DNA from: Ruditapes philippinarum
Lineage: Eukaryota
Direction: 5' to 3'
DNA: 64,000 nucleotides
Assembly: GCF_026571515.1 (NCBI RefSeq)
Contig: NW_026866443.1
Location: 1-64,000 of the forward strand
The translations under genes and the position numbers were made by a program. A model generated the notes under the pieces. It was not told the origin of the DNA and did not search any database. It saw only the letters and a program-made list of their open reading frames with translations. This document shows, one piece after another, positions 14,101 through 26,939 of the stretch (its first letter is position 1; each line of letters begins with the position of its first letter).

Positions 14101-15701
14101 CAGATTTTTGAATATTTAGATTACATATCTAACAACATAAAACATAAAATAGGTTTGAATTCCTTTTCCATTTATGATGTAAGAATACACATGAACACGT
14201 AAAAACAGTGCATAAAATTTCTTAGCTTTTTCAATGACATATACCATTGGTGCAACAATATTACTGTAATAAAATGAAAAATTATTTGCATATCAGGTAC
14301 AAAATTAACTCCGAAAGTTTCTTTATTTTCCCAGGGTTTTGTTTCAAAACAAGTTATGGATCGCGTAAAATATAGGTACAGTTGCCACAAAAAAGCTTTT
14401 TGAGGCTATATTCGCTCATAATTTTTCGTTTTTCATATTGTAATTGTAAATTCATATTATTTACCGGTGGGCCACAAAGTTTGAAATTCCTTATTTTACA
14501 AGGTAAGTATGCAAAAAACACATACATGCCATAATTTCAAGACTGATTTCTAGGACACTTTAAAAAATGTTTCTAAAATTAACAGAGCAGTATGTTGTAA
14601 CTTTACAGTAAAGCATGCGCTGTGCTTTGTCACTGTGGTAGCGTAAGGTATTCAGCATACCTATTTTTTTTATACCTGACCAATGTTTCATCTGACAAAT
14701 TAAAGAAAAAAAAATGTTAAACAGTGGCATAAAGTTTTTGAAGCAAGAGAGACTCGTATGTTAAAAATAATGCACAAAATTTCGACACTTCCAAGATAAT
14801 TGCAAGCATGCAAACATTTGAAGAACCTGTAAAATTATTTTATTGCAAATGATTAAAACAAAACCGCAACTAATGATCTATATTCAGAATTTTTTGACAA
14901 GATTTAATTTCACATCACCCTTCTAAATAAACTTTTGCTGGAGACAAGTGATTGACCCGTGCTAGAGATCATTTGGTGCGCTAAATGTGTCAATCATCAT
15001 TAAAGGGCGGTTGTATCAAAACTTCAAAAGTCTTTGCGGACGTGCGTACGTGACAAACTTCTAGGTAAATGTAGGCGGAGTCATCTATGCAGACATATGT
15101 TGACACACTTGCCCAGCAAACCAATATTTTAATTTTACGAGAAAGGTCACACATATTTATCAATCAGTGGATTAGTGTCAACATTTTTTGTGTATTACTA
15201 AATTTAATGTGTGTGGAAAATATATCTGATATAAATGTCTTAGAATAATTAACATGCAAATATTATTGCCTCTCCTACAACCAATATATACTCGATTACG
15301 CCCCTTACCAATCCGTCGCCATTTGCCAGTTATGTAAACAGCAGACTGACGGAGTGTAAACTTTGGGTAATTAACAGAAGTGCGCAAGCAGTAACCGCAA
15401 AATAGTAGGTGATAATTTAAAGCTAATATATTATGGTAATATAAAATGTAAAAACCTAAGCGGTTAAAAAATGCGTTAACCTGATATTTGTAGAATAACA
15501 CCAAAACTTTACCCATTTTAGCGAATTTTGTCCGAAATAGAGGACAAATGACGTCATCAACGTTGCCGCGATACAAAGGAACGTCAGTTTTTACTTGCAT
15601 ATATGTTGCTTTGTTAATTGACATGAAATGATTCATTTATATTCAATATTTAATTTCCTTAAAATTTTGGGCCAAAATCGACACAAAACGTACCTAGCCC
15701 C
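11186..15701. mobile_element. 4.5-kb non-autonomous TIR DNA transposon (Kolobok-like ends) with nested insertions
   Basis: Left end AGGGCTTGGTACGGTTTGGGTCAATTTTGGCCC; reverse complement of right end GGGGCTAGGTACGTTTTGTGTCGATTTTGGCCC. It splits AACGAACTAAA/TTTAGTTGAATATTTAATC, which is intact at 10965-10994. No transposase ORF seen. Confidence 0.75.
12740..13093. mobile_element. Fold-back MITE with 8-bp TSD ATTACATT (hAT- or P-like)
   Basis: ~160-bp arms CACAGACGCTTGGGG...CCCCAAGCGTCTGTG; TSD at 12732-12739 and 13094-13101. Confidence 0.9.
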
Positions 15702-17531
15702 TTTAGTTGAATATTTAATCTTTGGTGACAGCATACAATGGAAGACTTTTGTTTCTTGAATGTTTAAAAATTTATGAGTTTCCCGCTTCTGTTTTTCCCC
15801 CCTGAGAAATATATTTCTTTATTTTATTTAGCCATTCTAAAAAAGAATAAACACTTTTTCTGTAAAAGATATGAAAACAAGTTCAAGGAGGCATGGACAG
15901 TAGCTTGGGGATCTTCCAGTCCCTTATGAACGGGGTTGTCCCAAAACCCCAAATGCAAAATTTTTTTAAATTTTGGCGTTCTTTTAAAGGTTCTGTTTTT
16001 CCCTTTTTTTAAATTCAAATATGTGGTATTGCTTTAAAAAAACTAAAAAAGTTTTCAAATTTATTACTGTTGGAAAAAGTATGATTAAAGGAAACAAAAA
16101 AATTTCAAAATTTTATACACCCAAATTTTTCGATTTTCAAAAAAAAATTATAAACGGGAGCGATGAAACTTCCCTTTTTGCATTTTTTGAATATATCTTG
16201 TATAGCAAATAAAATGTTTTTCATGGTTAACATGATTATAAAAAGAGAACAGAAAGCATGTTGCTTGGCATGTGCAAAAACAATTTTTAAAAAGCTTTAA
16301 ATTGTAGTCCGAATTCTGTACTGGTGCCACAATTGACACATGGAGTAAACGGTAAGGTGTACGCCAAAAATGATTTTGTCTTCAGTACTCCTAGTTGATG
16401 CAAATCTGACTTTTTAATCATGTCATAGATTAGCTAAAGCATGAAAACGAAATAGCAGGTAACTGAAGTTAGCTCTTACACAGACTATTTCCAAGGTTTT
16501 ACAAAGTGTTTGATAAATTGGTACATATTCTATAGAAGATCCACAATTCTTTGAAAAATTATAGACTGAAATATAGTACTTAGGCTATCTATTTTTCGAA
16601 TCGAACATTTATTGTCTTGGCAATGATGTCGAAAATAGCATCACGGTCACATGGTATTGCTTCACTGAATATCAAGCAGCTTTGTACATAATTCAGTGCC
16701 TTGAACCTACACTTAAACACAATTGTCATGATATAGTTACTTATAGCCCATTTTGACAAATTATCTCTTTACATTTTGTGACCTTCCCTATCAATAGCTA
16801 TGTAATTTAATAAACATTTTGGCTTACCAAGAAGTACTTTACTTACTATTAAGTCACTTTGATTTACATCTGTTCGCAAGTACAAACAGTTTGATAATGA
16901 CAAGGTCGTATTTTGAAATATATCATGCTTGTTGGACCACTTGTTGGACACAAAAAAAGGCAACAGAAGTTGTACATGAAGGCCACAATATGATGACAGT
17001 TTATTTTAGTGAAATAAGATTAATCTTAAACATCAGTATCTCTCTGCATGCTCATATATTGATCTAAAACACATTTTTGATCTAGATGTTAGGACAAGTT
17101 TATCATACACATCCATTACTAGTTAATCATTTTTATCTATTATTTACTTTTTGGTATATAGTCTATAAAAATAATTTGGTACACACTTATCATCTCTGGT
17201 CACTTTGTCAACGTCTATATATTTTGTCAATATGTAGAAATAATAATAAAATACATGTACTTTAATCACCTTGAATGAAGCCAATATGATCCTCATCTAT
17301 TAGCAAGTTCGAGAAGGTAAATATTGACAAGTCTGTGTGTACTTGGATTTATTCTAAATAGGATACAAAGACAACTAGAAGGACACTATCACGCAACAGA
17401 AGTTGTTAACGAGATATGCCAATATGCTGACAGATTTCATCTTTTTTTAGGATGTAAAGCTATAACAACTTTAAAACATCTAGTCAAATTTAGTCCATCA
17501 TAAATAACTGTGGTCAGATAATTTGTTATGG

Positions 17532-17788
17532 TACGGTCATACTTGTCAGCTACGATGGTGAAAAATCGAAATAACGAAACCGCGATGGTAAAAGGTCGAA
17601 GGTACTGAGGTGAAAAAAATATATATATCAATTTTTTTATCATCGTGGTTTCGTTATTTCGTACTTTTGAATCTTCATCATCCTACTTCCGACTTTCCAC
17701 CATCGAGGTTTTATTGTTTCGACTTTCCATCATCGTGTTTTCGTTGTTTGTGTTATGCGTGTCACGACGTCCTAACGGGACACGGTAT
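17532..17788. mobile_element. Degenerate palindromic MITE with CGATGGTGAAAA/TTTCACCATCG subrepeats (also ~32229-32485, partial ~25677-25775)
   Basis: Inverted arrays of short subrepeats; TACGG...CCGT-like ends in the 32229 copy. Confidence 0.6.
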
Positions 17789-19449
17789 TAACGCAACAGA
17801 AGTTGTTTATGAAACTTCTCAATATAGTGACAGATTTCAAGGTAAAATTATATTACATTTTAAGTGCATGTTACAATATCGACCTCTTATTAAATGTAGA
17901 AACTAGATGCATGAAACGTTTTATTACATAATAACATTAATTAGTTTTAATTACTTTTTCATCTTATTATCAATATTAATCCATATTCAACCACTTTAAA
18001 TTTAATCTACACCAAGTTACTTTGGTATACTTACATCTATATCTATTCAAGCAAGTTCAAGAAGTTTAATAATTATATTGATCTATCCGAAATATTGGAC
18101 GCAGAAAACATGATTTACTCTTACGGCAGTGTAAGTTGTTGACGAGCTTCAGCAAAGCAAAATATGTTGTTTATATGATGCACATGTTAACACATCTAAC
18201 AAAATGTATAATTATAACTTGCATACTTCAAGATGAGTATCGTCTATATGTTATGTAATATGATGTTTATATATCCAAGAATTTTAAAAAATGAGTTGAG
18301 GATAAAAATATTATTTATAAATGCGACGAAAGCATAACCTAATGCGAACGTCCATCTAATGTTACAGTTCTTGTGTGTTATCAATTAATTTATGAAAGCC
18401 ACTTTTTATTTAGGATTACTTTGACCAGAATATGATATTTGCCACAGTAGTTCAACAATTTAGGTAACTCAAACGATCTTTCACTTGCTAGCAATGTTAT
18501 GTGAAGCAAACACAACACCAAAGTTATTACAGAAAATTAATATTTTAAAGTCTATTAGGAAAGATCATATAGATAACTAAAAACATCTGATTCTAGAATG
18601 CCCTGTGCTAAAGTCTTGTAACCTGTAACTGTCTAAGTTAAATAGCTAACTTGTACTTCTTTATAATTCCAATAACCATCATTCTTTTAACTAATTTAAA
18701 TATCAGAAGAAAAACTTAAATTGAGCATTCATAAGTAAAAGGTACATTCAGAGATGACGATGACTTGACTTAATTCTGATAAAATAGCCTGGCAAGTCTG
18801 CGGTGATATTGTCAAGTATACATTCAAAGGGTTAATTAACAAATTTGCTTATAGTTGTTTATGTCTACAAACATTTGTATTTGCATTCCAACCATTATTA
18901 TCAATACATTATTTTCTTGAGATTGTGTGTTAAAAGTCATAACGACTAGGACACAACAAATAACTTTCAATTATTACATTTTGTTCAAAACATGATGTTT
19001 GAAAATGTTAATGAAAAATACCTGAATTCAAATTGCTTTGCAACATTGCTTCAATACAAAAACAACATATTTTCTCGGGCAACGTAATTGTCTTTAAAAT
19101 GGTTCTCAATGTACGCTGTCTAAGAACGAGACCTTTTTATGTAAACTTCAATTTTTTTAAATTCAGATGCCATTCAAAACCATTTTTTAGAAATAAAAAG
19201 TAAATAATTCATTATAGTGTCATCAAAAAAATACAATTCAAATAATCATAATTCAAAATACAAAAGAAAATTCATATACTAGTATTGGGACTATGATACA
19301 CAAATAACATATATGTAACTATAAAATGTTGAATAACACAAGGTGTATTTTAACTATTACTAAGATGTGTTTATATTCTAAGCAATGGAGAATAATGAAC
19401 TACTATAAATTTAATCAATCAAACCCCTCTATATCCCCGCAAACAAAAA

Positions 19450-19900
19450 TATTCTTGTAAAAAATCCGAAAGAGCTAAAGCTAAGATATTTTGCATGAAA
19501 CATGGATGTCTACCATGTTTCTTGAAATAAAACCACAAGGATAAAATTTTGCCCCACCTAAGGGGGATCATTGATTTTCCTTATATGTATATAGTAAACA
19601 CTTAAAAATCTTCTTGTGACAATCCAAAAGCACTATTATATTTGATATTATATGTGGATAAAAAACTTCTTCTAGTAGATGTTTATCAAGTTTGTTTAAA
19701 TAAAAGACCTAGGGTCAAAATTGCCCCCGCCCCTGGTGGTCATTGATTTTCCGGTCATATACATGTATATAGTAAAAACGTAAAAAATCTTTTTGTGAAA
19801 ATGCAAAAAAAACTAGAGAGATATTTGGCATACAATTAGAAAACAACAACATCGAAACAATTTCTAAACCGCTTGTTCAATTTTGATATAATATTTGACA
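19450..19900 (-). repeat. Remnant of the ~150-bp HINE-internal tandem repeat (also ~25820-26280)
   Basis: Reverse complement of the AAAATCAATGACCCCCGGGGCGGGGCCAATTTTGACCC units at 61900-64000. Confidence 0.75.
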
Positions 19901-19914
19901 ACGTACAAAAATAA

Positions 19915-20740
19915 ATAAATAATAATTCTAACACTATCGGATTTTTTTCTATATAAACAAAGAAGGTCCGAAGCGTGCATTATTCTACAACAATGCACTC
20001 GCCGTTCTTATTACCTCCCTGTGTATTTTCACATTGAGGGCGCCATTTTGTTTAAAAAATCTGATAAATAAAAACATTTTTTGTCGAATTTTGTTGTGAA
20101 AGCTATCTAGAATGAAAGAAAACGGTCTAACTAAGAAAATGAATCCGAACACCAATATCTTTAATTCAGTCGTTAACGCTGTACAGACGTTTAAAGTGTT
20201 GTTTACGTGACGTCACAATGTAGCGCCAAACAGCACGTGCAAAACAATCAAATCAAGTACGCTATTTTAGTGTCGCAAACGAGTTAAGTTTTACATTTAT
20301 TTCACATATAATGATTTGTATTTCCCTTGAAAAATTAAAGAGTGAAATAAAGTAAACAAACAAAGATTTATCAACGTTATCAAAATGCCTTATTCTCTAA
20401 AGTTTCTACACATTGTAGATTTAACGACATTTTTTTTTTCAACCCACTGGAACAGCCTTTAAAGAACGTTTCTATTGGAAACTCTGAGGCCAAAACAAAT
20501 TTAACCACCAAACATAAAGTCCAACTTTATAATAATAATTATATTTTTTCTTGACGTGTTAGAATGGAAATAGATATTAATTCTTCGTGCATTATTGTAT
20601 AATAATGCACGTTTTTCGTTCAAATGCTTTGTAATTAATCACTCAGGCCTATCGGCCTTCGTGATTATATTACTACGCATTTGAACTCAAACCGTGCATT
20701 ATTCTACAACAATGCACTCAGAATTGATATCTATTTCCTA
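19915..20740. mobile_element. ~830-bp insertion ending in a ~175-bp palindrome
   Basis: Absent from the paralogous site at ~26295. 20565-20738 is GGAAATAGATATTAATTCT...AGAATTGATATCTATTTCC with nested GTGCATT..AATGCAC hairpins; a related core lies at 550-612. Confidence 0.7.
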
Positions 20741-21302
20741 AATAAAATGCTTCTTAAAATAGCAAAATAATATTTTGTTCCCTGTTTAAGTACATTAAAT
20801 AACATAGACATTCTATGTTACAACACTTTTTTTGGTGATCAACCATATGATAATGGAACCAATATAATCTTTCTGTAAGATATTTCATAAGATATAGATT
20901 TATACCCTTTAATAAGAGTCAAATTATTGTTTTTTAGTTACAGTCTTTTACATTTTAAAGAATATTACGAATAAGCGTGCCAATGCGCTCATTTAAAAGA
21001 CTGGGCCAAATTATGGAAAAAGTAGGCAATCTAATAATTTCGATGTCCGTCGTATGCAATTGCAGATTTGAGCTATCTTCAAATTATATTGTAAAACTCA
21101 CATATACTTTAAGTTGGTAAATATGATGTGACAGTTGGTACATTGTTTTATAATTTTCCGGAGCATTATTATTGTCTTTTAATTGGTTTATGATTATGAA
21201 ATATGCAATATGCACATGCACTGTCCTTGAACAAGACATTATATTTATATATTATTTGTACTATGCCTCAGATGTCACTCAAATTTAATTGTCAGAAATT
21301 GG

Positions 21303-21336
21303 TATAAATACAGCAACTTTTGAGATATATTCATTA
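21303..21336 (+). promoter_or_regulatory. Core promoter of copy 2 (TATA + Inr)
   Basis: TATAAATA at 21303; TCATT initiator-like motif with A at 21333 (+30). Confidence 0.65.
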
Positions 21337-21367
21337 CAGAAGAGAAATCTTCTAAATAACTACAAAA

Positions 21368-22241
21368 ATGGGCTGCAAACTTGTATGTGTGATTCTCGGA
21401 ATATGCTTAATAGCAACTGTCTTCGAGTTGGAAGCGGGTGAGTTGTTTATTTGGTAATTATTTTAATACAATCATGATTAAATCACAACAATTTTCATTA
21501 ATAATGTCATTTAATGATTGATTAAATGTTTAATCATTTTGATTCATTAAATTGTCTAAAGATGCATGAAAATTAAAGCTTTATTTCGTTTCACAATTCA
21601 AATGTTAATCCAAGTGATTGTATTTTGGCAAGTCATATTCTTATTTGTACAAAAATTAAACATTTAAAATTCGTCCTGGCTTATCTGCCAGCAACCTAAT
21701 TTTAAAACATTTGCACGTTTGATTTATATTTGAGGAAAAAGAAGGATCTCTTTAGTTTACAAATAAAAATTTAAGAGTACATAAAAGTTGGTTGTATTTA
21801 TAATATTTCGGGTGTCGAAATACATATTTAAATTGGCTTTAAAGTCAGATTAATTATCTATATATTTTATAATTAAACCTTTAAACTGTTTCATCATGTA
21901 GTTGTGTATTTGCATATTCAGCATCTTTGAAGATTACTTAATGACCATTGCTGAAATTCCACACTGATTATTTTACATTCTTAGCTTCCTTAGAGAAAGC
22001 CAAGCCCAGCCATCCTGCCTTAGCACAAAAGGAGAAAGCCAAAGCCCAAGAGAAAGCTTCCTCTGCTGCTGCGCCATGAGCTTCCGAGATTGAAAGCATC
22101 TCAACAATGAATGAAACCCTCTCAACAGGGAATGAAACACTCAGCTCCATCAATGTAGCCTTCCCAACAGGAAATGAAACACTCTCGACAGGGAATAAAA
22201 CCATCTCGAAATAAGACGAACATGAACGACAGAAAGAATAA
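21368..22241 (+). pseudogene. Small secreted peptide precursor, copy 2, with in-frame stops (truncated 54-aa product or pseudogene)
   Basis: Exon 1 21368-21437 reads MGCKLVCVILGICLIATVFELEA+G|GTGAGT. Exon 2 from 21985 reads ASLEKAKPSHPALAQKEKAKAQEKASSAAAP*(TGA 22077)ASEIESISTMNETLSTGNETLSSINVAFPTGNETLSTGNKTISK*(TAA 22212)DEHERQKE*(family stop 22239). Last exon from 22562, AATAAA at 22650. Confidence 0.7.
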
Positions 22242-22716
22242 CAAAGTAATCATTTGTTGTGTGCTTTTATTTGAAACATTATTCATTCCGTTTATCCTTT
22301 AACGTTTATTATGTTCTAAAATAGTAGAATAATGTCTGAATGTGTTCGCCCGTTAAGGAAAATGATTCCTATTGACATATGTAAACTGTTCTGTTTCGTT
22401 TCTAAAATAAAAAAAGAAACTGCTAAGATTAAGTTTTTATATACCTCATACATGACAGTAATGTTCTTTTATATACAATGGCGTTGATTAATCTTAGTAT
22501 TTTCAGTTGTGTTTTTATAGTTTCATATCAGAAATTACTTTCAATTCTTTTGCTGTTTCAGACAGACAAATCGAATGAAAAAGAAACAGAATGCGTATTG
22601 TAAATGAAAAATGGACAATAGCTTTGCTTGAAAATCATATGCTGAGTTAAATAAACAATTATATCCGCAATTATTATGTCTTATTCTTATTTTATTTGAA
22701 AAACATTCTTATAAAT

Positions 22717-23154
22717 ACAGTAGAATCCCTACTTAAGACCATCCCGGAATTAGGGAAGACAATTTCTAAAGAACGGACTATTCTAATCTTTATTTCAATG
22801 GCCACATGATCAAGAATTAAGAACACCCCGCTTACCACTTTCAAGACCACCATATTCAGTCCCAGTTCTTTTTTTCAATATTTTCAAAATTGATCATAAT
22901 AATTTTTTATTTGAAATGTGAAATAAGTACATCAGATAATAATTAATATTGAAATCAAACCCAAGGGAATTTAATATTAAATTTCAACGAGAATATGTTG
23001 TCCTCACATCAGTTTAAATATTATAATATACTTTAATTTTGTATTTGCCTGTTTAAATACAAGCAATGATAAGAATATCCACAAATGAGACCACCCGCCA
23101 TAAATACCCCTTTGATCCAGCCCGGTGGTGGTCTTTATTGAGGGTTTTTACTTA
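22717..23154. mobile_element. Degenerate Tc1/mariner-like MITE (TA-CAGTAGAATCCC end, AAGACCA subrepeats); partial copy at 28308-28555
   Basis: TA+CAGT terminus, repeated AAGACCA motifs and a degenerate inverted end GGTCTT..GAGGGTTTTTACT. Absent downstream of gene copy 1. Confidence 0.55.
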
Positions 23155-26100
23155 AGAAAACTAATTTTCACAACAGTTGTCAGTACAATTATAGTAAGAC
23201 CACATTACCAAACAACAACAAGTTTTTAAATATTTGAATCACATGATAAAGCAGAATAATCCAAACGGTAAAAAGCCAGCTAGCATGTAAAATGATATAA
23301 TCTTTCAAGGTTCTTCACTGGGTTTTTTTAAAACCACCAGTTTACAAAACATATGCTTGGCAGATTGTCGTCTGCTATAAATTGTTTAATTGCATAAAAT
23401 GTTCTCTCGCAGTAAAAGAGGGTTTTCTGTCAAATAGCTTAGTACCCGACAAGATGCTGTGGTGATCAGCTTCCTTTCTGGTAGCAAGTTGTTTAGAAAA
23501 GCTATCGAATTGGGAGGAACACCAATTTTGGCACCGAAGGCACATATAATACAATGGGACTGTTCAGATACAGACAAAAATTTGTATGACGGGCACCTTT
23601 TGATAATGTGTACCACTTTTGTTGTCATTATGCCATAGCATTAAGTAGGAATGTCAGCGATCTGTCGTTATGTCTTTGTAACATTGCTATAAATGTTATG
23701 GTGTATTTCTCTTTTAAATTGCCAATCCATCATTTGTCTTTACTTTTCGTTTAAATGTAAATTAAAAGTACACAATCTGTTACAAAATTTGATTCTTGAT
23801 ACACTAGCAAAATTGCAAATGATTAACGATTCTTAATTATCATTACCTACAAGATTATTTTCTTCACAGACTAGTATACAACATTTAAAACAACAAAAGT
23901 TTGTTAAATCGTTTTTTATTTTGGGAGTATGCGTAATTGCAAGTGTATTTAAGATGAAGCACATTATGTCTTTGTCGATATATTTTATCTCGACGCGGCA
24001 AAGACTACTCAGATTATGTAGTAGTATATGTAGTATAATATGAAGGGTATGTAGGTCACTTTAAAACTCAATTACTAATTAAGTTAACAAGTTGCATAGA
24101 GTACCCTTTCGCTAACTACTAGGCTGGTATACCCGTCCCACTAACAGTACAATTTATTTGCTTATCGAGATAACAAAATTTTGTTTCGCATTTTGATAAT
24201 AGTCATGGCTTTAAGTTGTTGTCTATACATTTATGTTAAAGTGAGGTAATGCTAGACACGCCAGAATGGCGTTTGTCAATAAAACATGTATGGGTAACAT
24301 ATGGCCACTACCTTTGTACATGTATATTGAAGTGACATAAGTTAACGAGACTTTTCAGTACATTACAAGTTTCCTAGAATAATTAAAAGATATTCGAACG
24401 TATGTTCACAAACATAAAACAACCATATTTATATTATGTTATAAGTATATTGCTTTGCAAAGTGTTACTCAACAGATAAGGTATTAAAACCATAGATTCA
24501 CATATAAATTTACAAAATGTACTTTTGATTTTAATCTATACACATGAAAACATATATCTAAACATATTGTATGATGTCCTGTGAAGTCAAAACAACTTCT
24601 TCTCGCTTCTTAACGCTATTATTCACGCTATTTTTATTATTAAGTAACTGATTTGGCCCCATCAAAATACTAAAACAAATTGTACAAGGTTAATACCTAT
24701 TTATTCACTTTGATTTACATCTGTTTGCAAGTACAAGAAGTTTAATAATGACAAGGCTCTATTTTAAGATATTAAATGATTGTTGGACAACTTGTTGGAC
24801 ACAAAAAGACATCAATGTCTCAATATGATGACAGTTTTCAAAGTGAAATAAGGTGAACTTTAAAACATCAGTAAATTTGTGCATGTTCATGTATTGATCT
24901 AAAACACAGGTTTAATATAGATGTTAATTAATACAATTTTATCATGCATATCCATTTCTATTTAATCATTTTTATCTATTATTTACTTTTTGGTATCTAG
25001 TCTAGAAAAAATAATTTGGTACACACTTATCATCTCTGATCACTTTGTCAACGCCTATATATTTTGTCATTATGTTGCCGTTTAGTAGACATAAAATACA
25101 TGTACTTTAATCAACCTAAATGAAGCCACTATGATCTTCATCTATTAGCAAGTTCGAGAAGGTAAATATTGACAAGGCTGTGTGTACTTTGATATACATG
25201 TATTCTTAAAAGGGCACAAAGACAAATAAAAGGACACTATCATGCAACAGAAGTTGTTTACGCGACATGTCAAAATGGTGACAATTTTCAAGGTAAAATA
25301 AGATGAACCTTAAACATCAGTATCTTTCTGCATGTTGATTTACGACCTAAACGAACTAAATTTAGATGAATATTTAATCACTTTCAGTTGGGGTTTAAAT
25401 TAAGCTACATTGATATACATATTAAAATTACTTTGGTATGCATATATATTTCTGTCAATATAAAGCCATTTTCCCGTAGCTATTGTGTTCGAAGACAAAT
25501 CATCGTTAAGACATGTCTTGCTTCTCTTATTTTACAAAAGTTCAGGTCGTGTTATAGAATCCATAAGGTACATATCTATTTTTAGGATGTAAAGCCATAA
25601 CAACTTTAAAACATCTAATCAAATCTGGTATTGGTACCACATAAATAACTTCGGTCAGATATTTTTTTGTTATGGTACAGCAATACGACGAAATAACGAA
25701 ACTGCAATGGTAAAAGGTCGAAAGTACTTTGTTGAAAACACGAAATTATTTCGTTATTCCGTATTTTTGACTTTTTGAACTTAAGATTTAATCAATCAAA
25801 CCCCTCTATAGCCCCGCAAAAAATCTTCTTGTAAAAAAACTCGAAAGAGCTAAAGCTAAGATATTTGGCATGAAACATGGATGTCAACCATTTTTCTTGA
25901 AATAAAACCCCTAGGTTCAAAATTGGCCCGCCCAAGGGGGTCATTGATTTTCCTTATATGTATATAGAAAACACTTAAAAAATTTCTTGTGACAATCCAA
26001 AGGCACTAATATATTTAATATTTGGCATGAAACACCTTCTAGTGGATGTTTATCAAGTTTGTTTAAATAAAAGCCCTAGGGCCAAAATTGTCCCCGCCCC

Positions 26101-26874
26101 AGGTGGTCATTGGTTTTCCGATCATATACATGTATATTGTAAAAACTTAAAAAATCTTTTCGTGAAAATACAAAAGAACTAGAGAGATGTTTTGCATAAA
26201 ATTAGAAAACAACAACATCTGAACAACACCTAAACCACTGATTCAATTTTAAAATTATTTTTCACAAAAACTTCCTTTGTGATAACGTACAAAAATAAAA
26301 TAAGACCCTTCTTAAAATATCAAAATAATTTTTTGTTCCGGAACATTTTATTCTGTTTAAGTACATTATTCATGTGTATTAGATAACATAGACATTATAT
26401 GTAACAACACTTTTTGGGTAATTAACAATATAGTAAGGGAAACAATATGAATTTTCTGTAAAAATATTTCATAAGATATAGATGTATACCCTTTAACAAG
26501 AGTCAAATTAGTCCATTGTAGTTTCAGTCTTTTACATTTTAAAGAACATTACGAATAATCGCGCCAATGCGCTCATTTAAAAGACAGAGAGTCAAATTAT
26601 GGAAAAAAAATTCGATGTCCTTCGTATGCAATTGCAGATTTGAGCTATCTTTAAGTTATAAATTAAAACACATATGTACTTTAAGCTGGTGATTATGATG
26701 TGACAGTTGGTACATTGTTTCATAACTTTCCGGATCATTGTTATTGTCTTTTAATTGGTTTATGATGATGAAATATGCAATATGCACATGCACTGTCCTA
26801 GAACAAGACATCGTATTTTTATATTATTTGTACTTTGCTTCAGATGTCACTCAAATTTAATTGTCCGAAACTTG

Positions 26875-26907
26875 TATAAATACAGCGACTTTTAAGATAT
26901 ATTTATT
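26875..26907 (+). promoter_or_regulatory. Core promoter of copy 3 (TATA + Inr-like)
   Basis: TATAAATA at 26875; TTATT with A at 26905 (+30). Confidence 0.6.
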
Positions 26908-26939
26908 ACAGAAGAGTTGTCTTCTAAATAACTACAACA

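Noticed and set aside
15178-15636. 152-aa ORF inside the TIR element as a transposase
   Set aside because: No DDE or zinc-finger motifs; composition looks like random AT-rich translation.
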